A stretch of 64,000 bases of DNA, from IMG/VR virus record IMGVR_UViG_3300022916_000005; one strand, given 5' to 3'. The stretch is from a virus. The position numbers and the translations under genes are program-made. This document shows, piece after piece, positions 51,167 to 59,131 of the stretch (its first letter is position 1; each line of letters starts with the position of its first letter). Under the pieces are notes generated by a model, which searched no databases, was not told the origin of the DNA, and worked only from the letters and a program-made list of their open reading frames with translations.

Positions 51167-52318
51167 ATGATTCCAACATATAATGAATGTCTCGAAATCG
51201 TGAAAGCCAACGATTCCTTCTTTATGTCGATTGTAGAAGTGCAAGGATATAAGGTTGTGATGTTCAATTATCGTATTGCATCGTACGGAGATTTCAATTG
51301 TCCGATCAAGGACAAACCAGAGATCAAGGCTTACGAGTTGAGAGGTCTTACATTCGTCCAACAGAATGATGGTAGCATGAAACGATTTATCATGCTTCAC
51401 AAGTTTTTCAATATGGGCGAGACAGAAGGATATCTTCTTAAAGATGTGAAGGACAAGAAGATTGTCTCTGTTCAAAATAAGTTTGATGGCAGTCTTATTC
51501 GATTCATTCGACTTCCTAATGGAAATGTCGTTGCCAAGACAAAGATGAGTTTTGACAACGATCAGAGTCGTATGGCACAAGAGATTTACGACAATGATGA
51601 GAAACTACAGGAATTCATTAACACATCCTTGAAACTTAATCGTTCTGCCTTGTTCGAGTTTGTTGGACCTTCTAACAGGATTGTGTTGAGATACAAAGAG
51701 CACAAACTTGTACTACTCCAAGAAAGGAGTGAGAACGGAAAGTATAGAAACATTGAATTGGTGAACAAGATTTATGGTATCAACATTGCCGAGGCAGAAG
51801 AATATCCTGATTATACTGTAGAGGATCTGAAGGAGAGGGCAAAGACAGAAGAAAATATTGAAGGATGGGTTGTTACTCTTGATGATGGACAGATCCTAAA
51901 GATCAAGACAGCGCAGTATTTTCAACTACACCATCTTCGTACCAATTGTATGGACAAAGAGAACTACATCATTCAGGCCATTATTGACGAGAATGTAGAC
52001 GACATCTTTGCCCAGCTTGATGAAAATGATGATGATGTTCGTGATAATATCCGAGACATCGAAAAGAAAATCAGTCAGTATTACAACACTACTGCATCTA
52101 AAATATACGATACGGTATTCTACGAGTTCGATCCAAACAAGCGAAAGAAGTTTGCATTGAAATACAAGGACACTCCAGAATTCCCTATGATGATGGCCCT
52201 TGTTGCCAAAGGAGAGGTTACTGTTCAGAATGCAACAGATGTTGTAAAGGAGCACATCTTGAAAAGGACAAAGAAGCTCATTGGTGCAGTCAAGTTCCTT
52301 AATGACCTTGACAAGTAA
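51167..52318 (+). CDS. T4 Rnl1 (RnlA)-like RNA ligase
   Basis: ELRGL, HKFFN, KFDGSLI motif I, FEF..P.NRIV, EGWV, KIKT..Y...H. Confidence 0.88.
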   Translation: MIPTYNECLEIVKANDSFFMSIVEVQGYKVVMFNYRIASYGDFNCPIKDKPEIKAYELRGLTFVQQNDGSMKRFIMLHKFFNMGETEGYLLKDVKDKKIVSVQNKFDGSLIRFIRLPNGNVVAKTKMSFDNDQSRMAQEIYDNDEKLQEFINTSLKLNRSALFEFVGPSNRIVLRYKEHKLVLLQERSENGKYRNIELVNKIYGINIAEAEEYPDYTVEDLKERAKTEENIEGWVVTLDDGQILKIKTAQYFQLHHLRTNCMDKENYIIQAIIDENVDDIFAQLDENDDDVRDNIRDIEKKISQYYNTTASKIYDTVFYEFDPNKRKKFALKYKDTPEFPMMMALVAKGEVTVQNATDVVKEHILKRTKKLIGAVKFLNDLDK

Positions 52319-52593
52319 TGGTGGCACATTTGTTAACAACATTTGATGAAATGCGAAGCAAAGTGATCGGAACAATAATTTACGACTACAAGTCAAGAGA
52401 ATACGGAACAGTTTATGGATTGAAAAAGGTAAAAGGACATTTCTTTTTCGAGATTGATTGGGTTGATTATTATTATGATGAATTTTATGCAAGCGATCTT
52501 AAGTTTGAAATGATAGATGATAGACATTGGGTTATGGTTGCATCAAGTATCAAAGAAGAAGAGTTTCTATCAATTGTAATCGACTTGCTATAA
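52318..52593 (+). CDS. Small KVGD-family hypothetical protein
   Basis: IGTIIYD...EYG.V. Confidence 0.55.
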   Translation: MVAHLLTTFDEMRSKVIGTIIYDYKSREYGTVYGLKKVKGHFFFEIDWVDYYYDEFYASDLKFEMIDDRHWVMVASSIKEEEFLSIVIDLL

Positions 52594-52665
52594 CTTTCTC
52601 CTTGACTGCCACGTCATCCTGTGGTATCATGTATCTAGAAACGGTCGAGAACAAGAGAGGAAAGA

Positions 52666-52998
52666 ATGAGTAATACTATCCGAAAGGTTCCTCTTTGGGT
52701 CAAAAACGCCAAACCAGAAGATTTTCTTAGCATTGAAGCGTATCGTAAGTGTAAGTGTGGAGATTATTCCCACAGTTACGTTAGTGCTGTTCACCGTAGG
52801 GATGATTGGAGGGATACTAATTCTCCCAAAGGGAAGGTTGTTGCCAAAAAGAGTGTTCGTCGTCTTGAGCGTCGGATCGATAAGGTCGTTATTGCCGAAA
52901 ATGTCAACATCAAGGCTGATGACGATCATCTCGACTATGTAGAATTTTGTGAGATGATGGAACACATGGAGCAAGAAATGAGCGAATACGACTTCTAG
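52666..52998 (+). CDS. Hypothetical protein
   Basis: Behind the promoter cassette at 52602; GAGG RBS. Confidence 0.6.
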   Translation: MSNTIRKVPLWVKNAKPEDFLSIEAYRKCKCGDYSHSYVSAVHRRDDWRDTNSPKGKVVAKKSVRRLERRIDKVVIAENVNIKADDDHLDYVEFCEMMEHMEQEMSEYDF

Positions 52999-53145
52999 GA
53001 GAAAGAAATGAATAGAGAAAAGAACCATGCAATCTTTGGAGTCATGATGATCATTGGATCCTTTGGTTTTACTTTTTATTTGCAATTTTGACAAAACTAT
53101 CTGTTGGAACCAAAACTCACCTATCTTTCACAAGTTGTATAGAAA

Positions 53146-53349
53146 ATGCCACCAGAAGATAAATCAATTCAATATAAAATAGGAGATATCCTGTGTTTAG
53201 GAGGAGAGATCCTTCTAGTGGTAGACATTTCAATTTCCTATTCAAGGAAAAAGGTTAAAATCAGAAATATAAAAAACAAAATGACAGATTGGTATCAAAC
53301 AAGTTTTGTTCGATCTTTCCCTAGCATTGTAATTATTATATCATCATGA
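53146..53349 (+). CDS. Small KVGD-family hypothetical protein
   Basis: YKIGDIL. Confidence 0.55.
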   Translation: MPPEDKSIQYKIGDILCLGGEILLVVDISISYSRKKVKIRNIKNKMTDWYQTSFVRSFPSIVIIISS

Positions 53350-53954
53350 CAAGTACTTGGTTTACATCGGATAATCATTTTTGCCACTATAACATTATAA
53401 AACTATGCAATCGACCTTTCTCTTCTCTAGAAGAAATGAATGAGACAATGATTGAAAGGTGGAACGAACTTGTCAAGGATGGAGATACAATCTATCATCT
53501 TGGAGATTTTGGCTGGACAAGGTATCAAGAAGAGTTATCTGATATCGTCAGAAACAGGCTAAATGGCCACATCATTTTGATTAAGGGCAACCACGACCTA
53601 TCTCTGAGAAAGATGGCCAATATGGGCATTCCCGAGACATACAGATCATTCGTATTCGAGAACAGATACATGTTGAATCATTATCCTGCTCATAATCACA
53701 CAATGACGGTAGATGATGTACTCAATCGTAAGGTGGGATTTCTTCTTCAAGATATCGAAGACAAAGCTTTGAGAAGAAGGATGAAAACCATGCAATTGCT
53801 AATTCAGCATAACTGTGATCGAGTTATCCATGGTCACATTCATAACTCGAATGAGAATAACTATCCAAAGCATTTTAACGTGGGAGTTGATGTAAATGAT
53901 TTCTATCCCTTCTCTTGGGAAGAAGTAAAGAAACAACTTAATCAAGAAGGATAA
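53346..53954 (+). CDS. Calcineurin-like metallophosphoesterase (phage type)
   Basis: FTSDNHF.H.NI, HLGDF, GNHD, HYP, HGHIH, NVGVD. Confidence 0.9.
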   Translation: MTSTWFTSDNHFCHYNIIKLCNRPFSSLEEMNETMIERWNELVKDGDTIYHLGDFGWTRYQEELSDIVRNRLNGHIILIKGNHDLSLRKMANMGIPETYRSFVFENRYMLNHYPAHNHTMTVDDVLNRKVGFLLQDIEDKALRRRMKTMQLLIQHNCDRVIHGHIHNSNENNYPKHFNVGVDVNDFYPFSWEEVKKQLNQEG

Positions 53955-54050
53955 GCTTTGTAATTTTATGGTAATTTTTTCCCCCTTGACTTGACGGTCA
54001 AGCCGTGGTATGATGTAGCATAACCAGTTGAGAACAGGTGAGGTTATAAT

Positions 54051-54245
54051 ATGGCGTTTTATTTTATCTTTGGATGCTTTTTTGCTTTGATTGCAGGGAT
54101 CATGTATCTTGTCAAGACCGACGAGGACACACCAACGAAGGCATTGACACTTTTTATTATGTTTCTGTGTTTACCATTTGCTTGGCCTATTGTTAGTTTA
54201 ATCCTTATTCTGATTAGGGTAGTAGACTACTTTAAAAATCGATAA
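54051..54245 (+). CDS. Small two-TM membrane protein
   Basis: Two hydrophobic helices; promoter at 53986. Confidence 0.6.
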   Translation: MAFYFIFGCFFALIAGIMYLVKTDEDTPTKALTLFIMFLCLPFAWPIVSLILILIRVVDYFKNR

Positions 54246-54329
54246 TTTTTTCTCCTTGACTGCCACGTCATCCTGTGGTACTATAGGGCATGAGGTTGAG
54301 GAATTGAGTCAAGGTTTGGAGGAAAGAGA

Positions 54330-54488
54330 ATGAAGTTCAAATGTAACAAGTGTAAGAGAACCTTGACCGTGAAATCGGACAACATCTTTGAAGACGAGGA
54401 AACAGTTTTCTTTGTCGAACCTTGCGAGTGTGTTGAAGATCGAGTAGACGAAGCCTTTGAGGATGGGAATCTTTCTGCGTTTTTGTGA
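54330..54488 (+). CDS. Small Zn-finger-like protein (52 aa)
   Basis: CNKC...CEC; GGAGG RBS; promoter at 54256. Confidence 0.5.
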   Translation: MKFKCNKCKRTLTVKSDNIFEDEETVFFVEPCECVEDRVDEAFEDGNLSAFL

Positions 54489-54588
54489 TTAAATTTTCTC
54501 CTTGACTGCCACGTCATCCTGTGGTACTATAGGGCATGAGGTTGGGGATGAAGGGTCATTCTTGGATAAGGTTGAGACAAAGGAGTTA

Positions 54589-54774
54589 ATGATGTTTGTA
54601 CTTCAAAATAGGCAAGATGGTCTTTACCTTGCACAGAATTATTGTGGTTGGACCGAAGACCTCAATTGTGCCAAGATTTTCGATACTGTCAAAGATGCAG
54701 GACTAAGGCGTGGAGAGGATTTTACCCTTGAGATCTTTTCTGTCAAGATCGAGAAGGTCAAGCAAGTCGGTTAA
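54589..54774 (+). CDS. Small hypothetical protein
   Basis: AAGGAG RBS; promoter at 54502. Confidence 0.55.
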   Translation: MMFVLQNRQDGLYLAQNYCGWTEDLNCAKIFDTVKDAGLRRGEDFTLEIFSVKIEKVKQVG

Positions 54775-55043
54775 ACTTTTTCGTTGACAGGGCCTTCGGG
54801 CTGTGGTACGATGTGCTTGTCCTGGTGAGGGAAGGCCGTTGAAACGACGAAAACTTTTTCGTTGACAGGGCCTTCGGGCTGTGGTACGATGTACTTGTCC
54901 TGGTGAGGGAAGGTCGTTGAAACGATGAAAACTTTCTCCTTGACAGGGCGGTAGGTTCGTGGTACTATGTTCTTGGAAGTTAGGGGCCGTCAAAGAGGCG
55001 GTTGATTTTTCCCCTTGACAAGCGGCCCTGTTTGATGTAGAAT
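54773..55043 (+). promoter_or_regulatory. Stack of four tandem sigma70 promoters (-35 at 54784, 54862, 54940, 55015) including a 78-bp direct repeat
   Basis: TTGACA-17-TACGAT x2, TTGACA-17-TACTAT, TTGACA-17-TAGAAT. Confidence 0.85.
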
Positions 55044-55115
55044 GGGTCATGAAGTTGGTGGAGCGGGTGCTTTGCCGACACGAAATGTTCGTTTAGGTTC
55101 TTTGGAGGTTCTGTT

Positions 55116-55601
55116 ATGACGTTTACTGGTTTTGATTCGGTCAAGGCGTTTCGTGAGGCTCACACCACTGCCGAGGGTACTTTCTTCAATAAGGAGGATT
55201 TCGCCGCTCGCAAGGTTGCGCTCGGTCGCAAGGTTTTTGCGGATCGGTTCTTCATGTCGAGCGTTCCTGTTGATGTGTCGCGAGAAGAGGCGGGTGGGAA
55301 TCGTCTGTTTACCCTGCTTTTCATCGAGGATGACCTTTCGGTGACTGTCCTCGGTACGCCCGATGGCCTGGAGAGTCGCTATAAGGCGAACAAGGGCAAG
55401 GATCTGGCGATTAAGGCGTTCTCGAAGGATGGCACGCTGGATCGCTTCGTCGAGACGGATGCGGATTCCGACCTTGACGTGGAGGTCGAGCTTGAGGCGG
55501 ATTCCACCGATGGCGAGCCTGTCGAGATTCTCGACGCTGACGATGCTATCTCGGAGTTCTCGGATGAGGTCGCGGAGCAGATCACCAATCTGAACGGTTA
55601 G
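55116..55601 (+). CDS. GC-rich early protein with a long acidic C-terminal tail
   Basis: GGAGG RBS; D/E-rich tail. Confidence 0.75.
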   Translation: MTFTGFDSVKAFREAHTTAEGTFFNKEDFAARKVALGRKVFADRFFMSSVPVDVSREEAGGNRLFTLLFIEDDLSVTVLGTPDGLESRYKANKGKDLAIKAFSKDGTLDRFVETDADSDLDVEVELEADSTDGEPVEILDADDAISEFSDEVAEQITNLNG

Positions 55602-55605
55602 TATC

Positions 55606-56046
55606 TGACCTGGGCATTGTCGCTAAACTGCCCATCATCGACTGTTGACCTGCATTATTATTTAGGGGTTAGATTGTGGACAGTCTTGGTTTAGTTTAGA
55701 CCTCAAACAAGTCTCAAAACTGTTTGAAATTGTTTGTAGTATCAATTTGTGTCGTGGTTATAAAGGTTGACGAAAAATGCATTGTTCACTATGTAATAGA
55801 TAGACCTAAGTAAGTCCTCTTAAACTACTTCGTCCATGTGACGTTAAATGGGTCAAGAGCCCCATTGGTTATTACGGTCAAAGATCTCCGATCAACAATC
55901 TTCACTCTATTGACCTTTCGCGCTTTTGATAAAGGCATTAATAATTACTAGGCTTAGGTAGGATTATGGAACCATTTCGTTAGCTACTGCAAGTTTAATT
56001 TTAATTTTGAGATGCTGATTATGCCTGGGCAAGCTTTAACTGCCCA
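55606..56046 (+). ncRNA. Non-coding interval with repeated H-type pseudoknot motifs (55606-55634, 55698-55727, 55803-55830, 56023-56046)
   Basis: GAC-C-[X]-GTC-..AAAC-[X'] with compensatory changes in X. Confidence 0.6.
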
Positions 56047-56053
56047 TTTTTAT

Positions 56054-56129
56054 TGCTGGTTAGGGAAATGCCACATCCCGCCTGGGGCAACATTTCAGGA
56101 GATAGCTGGTTGGATTCCAGCACCAGCAA
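56054..56129 (+). ncRNA. tRNA-like element with an aberrant anticodon arm
   Basis: TGCTGGT/ACCAGCA acceptor, GGGA/TCCC D-stem, GCTGG-TTGGATT-CCAGC T-arm. Confidence 0.6.
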
Positions 56130-56352
56130 CTTCATTCATATTGGGTATTTTTTGCTTTTGGGGTTCAATTCCCCTTTGGCTCGTGGAGAGCCAGTCTGAA
56201 CCTAGAATGACAAGTGATAATATAGAGTTGGCCGCTCGAAGAACTGCATAATGTCTAGAAGCAGTTTACCGATATTTCTTTTCCCTTGACAGTGGGACGA
56301 TCTTGTGTTACCATAGTGCATGAGGTTGAGGAAATAACGAAGGAGAAAGGAA

Positions 56353-56556
56353 ATGGAACTTAAAATAGGTTCGGTCATATGCTATAGATTTTCGGGCAGA
56401 AAATCTACAGGTGTCATCGTCGGGAAATCTCGTAAGAAGTTCTATATTGAGTGGAAGATCTTAAATGATCAGATCGTTTTATTCCCAGATAAGCCTAAAA
56501 CTTTCTCCATTGGATTCCTGCAAAACAACGTAAATGTGACAAAACTTTTCCCTTGA
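56353..56556 (+). CDS. Small KVGD-family hypothetical protein
   Basis: LKIGSVI..GVIV..W; promoter at 56286. Confidence 0.6.
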   Translation: MELKIGSVICYRFSGRKSTGVIVGKSRKKFYIEWKILNDQIVLFPDKPKTFSIGFLQNNVNVTKLFP

Positions 56557-56633
56557 CTCCCAGCCCGATTTGGGTTATGATGTACTTGTCCTGGTGAGGG
56601 AAGCAACAAAAACTGAGTGATCGAGGTAACATT

Positions 56634-56951
56634 ATGAGCGCAGACCGAATTCTCCTTGACAAGTGCCGCGATATGTTCAACGACATTCTTGAGGATCCTT
56701 TTGATACTGAAGATGGTATGCGAGACCTTCGAAACGAGATCGATCTCTATTTGGAGATGACCGCCAACGTCATTGAGCTTGGCGATACTGTCATCTTCGG
56801 GACAAAGACGGGAGAGAAGACAAAGGGAAAGGTTGTCAAGATCAATCAGAAGACCTACAATCTGGAGCTTCTTGAGATTCGCGGCAAGAACGGTCGTTAT
56901 CCGATTGGCACACCTTGGCGCGTAGCCAAGGCCATGTGCGAGAAGTGCTAG
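56634..56951 (+). CDS. Hypothetical protein with an SH3/KOW-like C-terminus (paralog of 57937)
   Basis: FGT..GEKT..KV.KIN.KT...ELLE.RGKNGRYPIG..W. Confidence 0.7.
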   Translation: MSADRILLDKCRDMFNDILEDPFDTEDGMRDLRNEIDLYLEMTANVIELGDTVIFGTKTGEKTKGKVVKINQKTYNLELLEIRGKNGRYPIGTPWRVAKAMCEKC

Positions 56952-56964
56952 AGAGGAAGTAAAA

Positions 56965-57360
56965 ACAATACCCTTGGTGAGATGCCCAAGTTCGTATTGT
57001 AGATAAGATACCAACTAGAATAGATGATGATGACTTTAGTTGGAACCATTCATCACGGCTCTTATAGAAGAATAGATTAAAATCCTGTCTATCGACCATT
57101 TGGTTGATTGTGTGATGTTGCCCCAAAGGCCAAGAGTAATCCTTGAATCACATGAAACTACACCAAATCGTCACGAGTAAAGGTTATCTTTGAATCGGGG
57201 TAAGGTTGTCAAGCGCGCTTTGTATTGTTATGAAGCAGTTTCGTAAGTGACAACCCGTTGTTAGGCGTGTTTGGGGCCATAACAGCAGAGAAGGAAAGAT
57301 CATCTATTATACTCTATAGTGGGATGATCAGTTTAAAGGCGATGTGGGGGCCATTTAAGC
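56965..57360 (+). ncRNA. Candidate ~400-nt structured RNA immediately upstream of the tRNA cluster
   Basis: No + strand ORF; many stems plus long-range pairings. Confidence 0.55.
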
Positions 57361-57387
57361 AAATTTGATACTATGTAGGGGATATAA

Positions 57388-57472
57388 GGCGCAGTGGTGG
57401 AAATGGAAATACACGAGAGACTCAAAATCTCTTGCCTTTAGCGGATTGAGAGTTCAAGTCTCTCCTGCGTCA
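57388..57472 (+). tRNA. tRNA-Leu(CAA)
   Basis: AGAGA-CTCAAAA-TCTCT, long variable arm, A73. Confidence 0.9.
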
Positions 57473-57486
57473 CTATTGACAATTAT

Positions 57487-57573
57487 GGCCCGTTGGTGGA
57501 ATTTTGGTATACGCAGTGGTCTTAGAAACCACCGGAGAAATCCATGAAGGTTCGATCCCTTCACGGGCCACCA
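57487..57573 (+). tRNA. tRNA-Leu(TAG)
   Basis: GTGGT-CTTAGAA-ACCAC, long variable arm, encoded CCA. Confidence 0.93.
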
Positions 57574-57580
57574 TTTTTGT

Positions 57581-57653
57581 TCTTCCTTAGCTCAGTTGGC
57601 TAGAGCGCAGGACTCTGAATCCTGATAGGTTGATTCAAATTCAACAGGAAGAT
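57581..57653 (+). tRNA. tRNA-Gln(CTG)
   Basis: TCTTCCT/AGGAAGA acceptor, CAGGA-CTCTGAA-TCCTG. Confidence 0.82.
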
Positions 57654-57663
57654 CTATTTTTAT

Positions 57664-57737
57664 GCCTGTTCAAGTTCATTAGGCTGAACGCTAGACTGTG
57701 AATCTAGAGGTAGTTGATTCGATTTCAACGGCAGGTA
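57664..57737 (+). tRNA. tRNA-His(GTG), atypical
   Basis: CTAGA-CTGTGAA-TCTAG; T-arm GTTGA-TTCGATT-TCAAC. Confidence 0.72.
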
Positions 57738-57748
57738 CTTTAATTTAT

Positions 57749-57820
57749 CAGAACATGATGTAATTGGGAACATCTCACGTCTGGATCGTGATTTTTTAGG
57801 TTCGAGTCCTAATGTTCTGA
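57749..57820 (+). tRNA. tRNA-Pro(TGG) with C33
   Basis: CAGAACA/TGTTCTG acceptor (C1-G72, A73), TCACG-TCTGGAT-CGTGA. Confidence 0.8.
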
Positions 57821-57936
57821 CTTGGAAGGTAGTTCAAAACTTGTTTGTCTCGCCAATTCTTTTCCCTTGACTTGTGGACTGCCTTGTGATACTATAGGGC
57901 ATGAGGTTGAGGGATTGAACGAGTTTGGAGAATAAG

Positions 57937-58272
57937 ATGACTAACGAAATGGCTTTGATGATTCGAGCAACTGGATTGCTTGACGCTCTTTGTGAAAGAC
58001 CTGCCGAAGCCAATCACATGATGGAAATTATCAAATCTCTCAAAGAGGAGATTGATATCTACATCGGGATGATGGCCAAAACCATTAATGTCGGAGATAT
58101 CGTTCGCTTCGGAACAGAGAATGGGGAAAAGACAAGAGCCAAAGTTCTCAAGATTAACGTCAAAACGTTCAGAGTCGAACTACTTGAGAAGCGCGGTAAG
58201 AATGGTCGTTATCCTATTGGCGACATTTGGAATGCCAGAAAGGAAGGTTGTGTCAAGATTGGCAATAAATGA
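57937..58272 (+). CDS. Hypothetical protein (paralog of 56634)
   Basis: Shared C-terminal domain; promoter at 57867. Confidence 0.7.
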   Translation: MTNEMALMIRATGLLDALCERPAEANHMMEIIKSLKEEIDIYIGMMAKTINVGDIVRFGTENGEKTRAKVLKINVKTFRVELLEKRGKNGRYPIGDIWNARKEGCVKIGNK

Positions 58273-58296
58273 TAACAGATAGAAGAGCAAGAGGCA

Positions 58297-58692
58297 ATGA
58301 TGGCGAATTTCGAGACATATGAAGTGAGAGTGTATGCCAATGGTACCAAATGTTGGTATCAAAATGGCAATTGTCACCGCATTGACGGCCCTGCCGTTGA
58401 ATGTGCCAGTGGTGACAAATTTTGGTATCAAAATGGCGAGTATCACCGCATTGACGGCCCTGCCATTGAATATATCAATGGTACCAAAGTTTGGTATCAA
58501 AATGGCAAGTTTCACCGCATTGACGGCCCTGCCATTGAATATGTCAATGGTGACAAATATTGGTATCTTGATGGAGAATGCTATACCGAGCATGACTATA
58601 ACACCGAGATTGCCAAGCGAAATGCCAATACTTGCGAAGATCGCCTTGTCGAGATTGACGGTATCAAGTACAAGCTGATCAAGGCTTGCTAA
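58297..58692 (+). CDS. MORN-like HRxDGPA repeat protein, class II (3 repeats)
   Basis: MANFETYEVRVY N-cap; EIAKRNANTCEDRLVEIDG C-cap. Confidence 0.85.
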   Translation: MMANFETYEVRVYANGTKCWYQNGNCHRIDGPAVECASGDKFWYQNGEYHRIDGPAIEYINGTKVWYQNGKFHRIDGPAIEYVNGDKYWYLDGECYTEHDYNTEIAKRNANTCEDRLVEIDGIKYKLIKAC

Positions 58693-58778
58693 TCCTGCCA
58701 AAACTTTCTCCTTGACTTGACGGTCATCCTGTGGTATCATGTATTATCTAGAAACGGTCGAGAAGAGAGGAAAAAGAA

Positions 58779-59057
58779 ATGGATAAAATCAAAGCTATCT
58801 TGTGGGATAAGTTTGTAGAGGATAAATTCCTTGAAGATGCTACTTTAGGACAGATTCAGGCAGAACTACGAACTATAGAGAAAGAACTTGTAATTGCAAA
58901 CTGTGAACAAGCATCAGAAGAAAACGATTATCGACCTGGAGTGGAAACTTATGGTTACTTCGATTTAGAGCAAATCAAGCTCACTCTTGAGTATATCTCT
59001 GATCGTTGGAATTGTCAGTTTAGGGTCAGATGGCTACTAGACCTCATTAACATTTAA
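58779..59057 (+). CDS. Hypothetical protein
   Basis: Behind the promoter cassette at 58712. Confidence 0.6.
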   Translation: MDKIKAILWDKFVEDKFLEDATLGQIQAELRTIEKELVIANCEQASEENDYRPGVETYGYFDLEQIKLTLEYISDRWNCQFRVRWLLDLINI

Positions 59058-59131
59058 ACTTTCCCCTTGACTTGACGGTCATCCCGTAGTATCATGTATC
59101 TAGAAACGGTCAAGAAATAACAAACGAGGCA

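Noticed and set aside
56012-56251. 79-aa + strand ORF
   Set aside because: It overlaps a pseudoknot and two tRNA-like folds and has no SD; more likely non-coding.
55602-56270. tmRNA (pseudoknots plus tRNA-like domain)
   Set aside because: No G3-U70 alanine acceptor, no GGGG 5' end or CCA 3' end, and no recognisable tag ORF.
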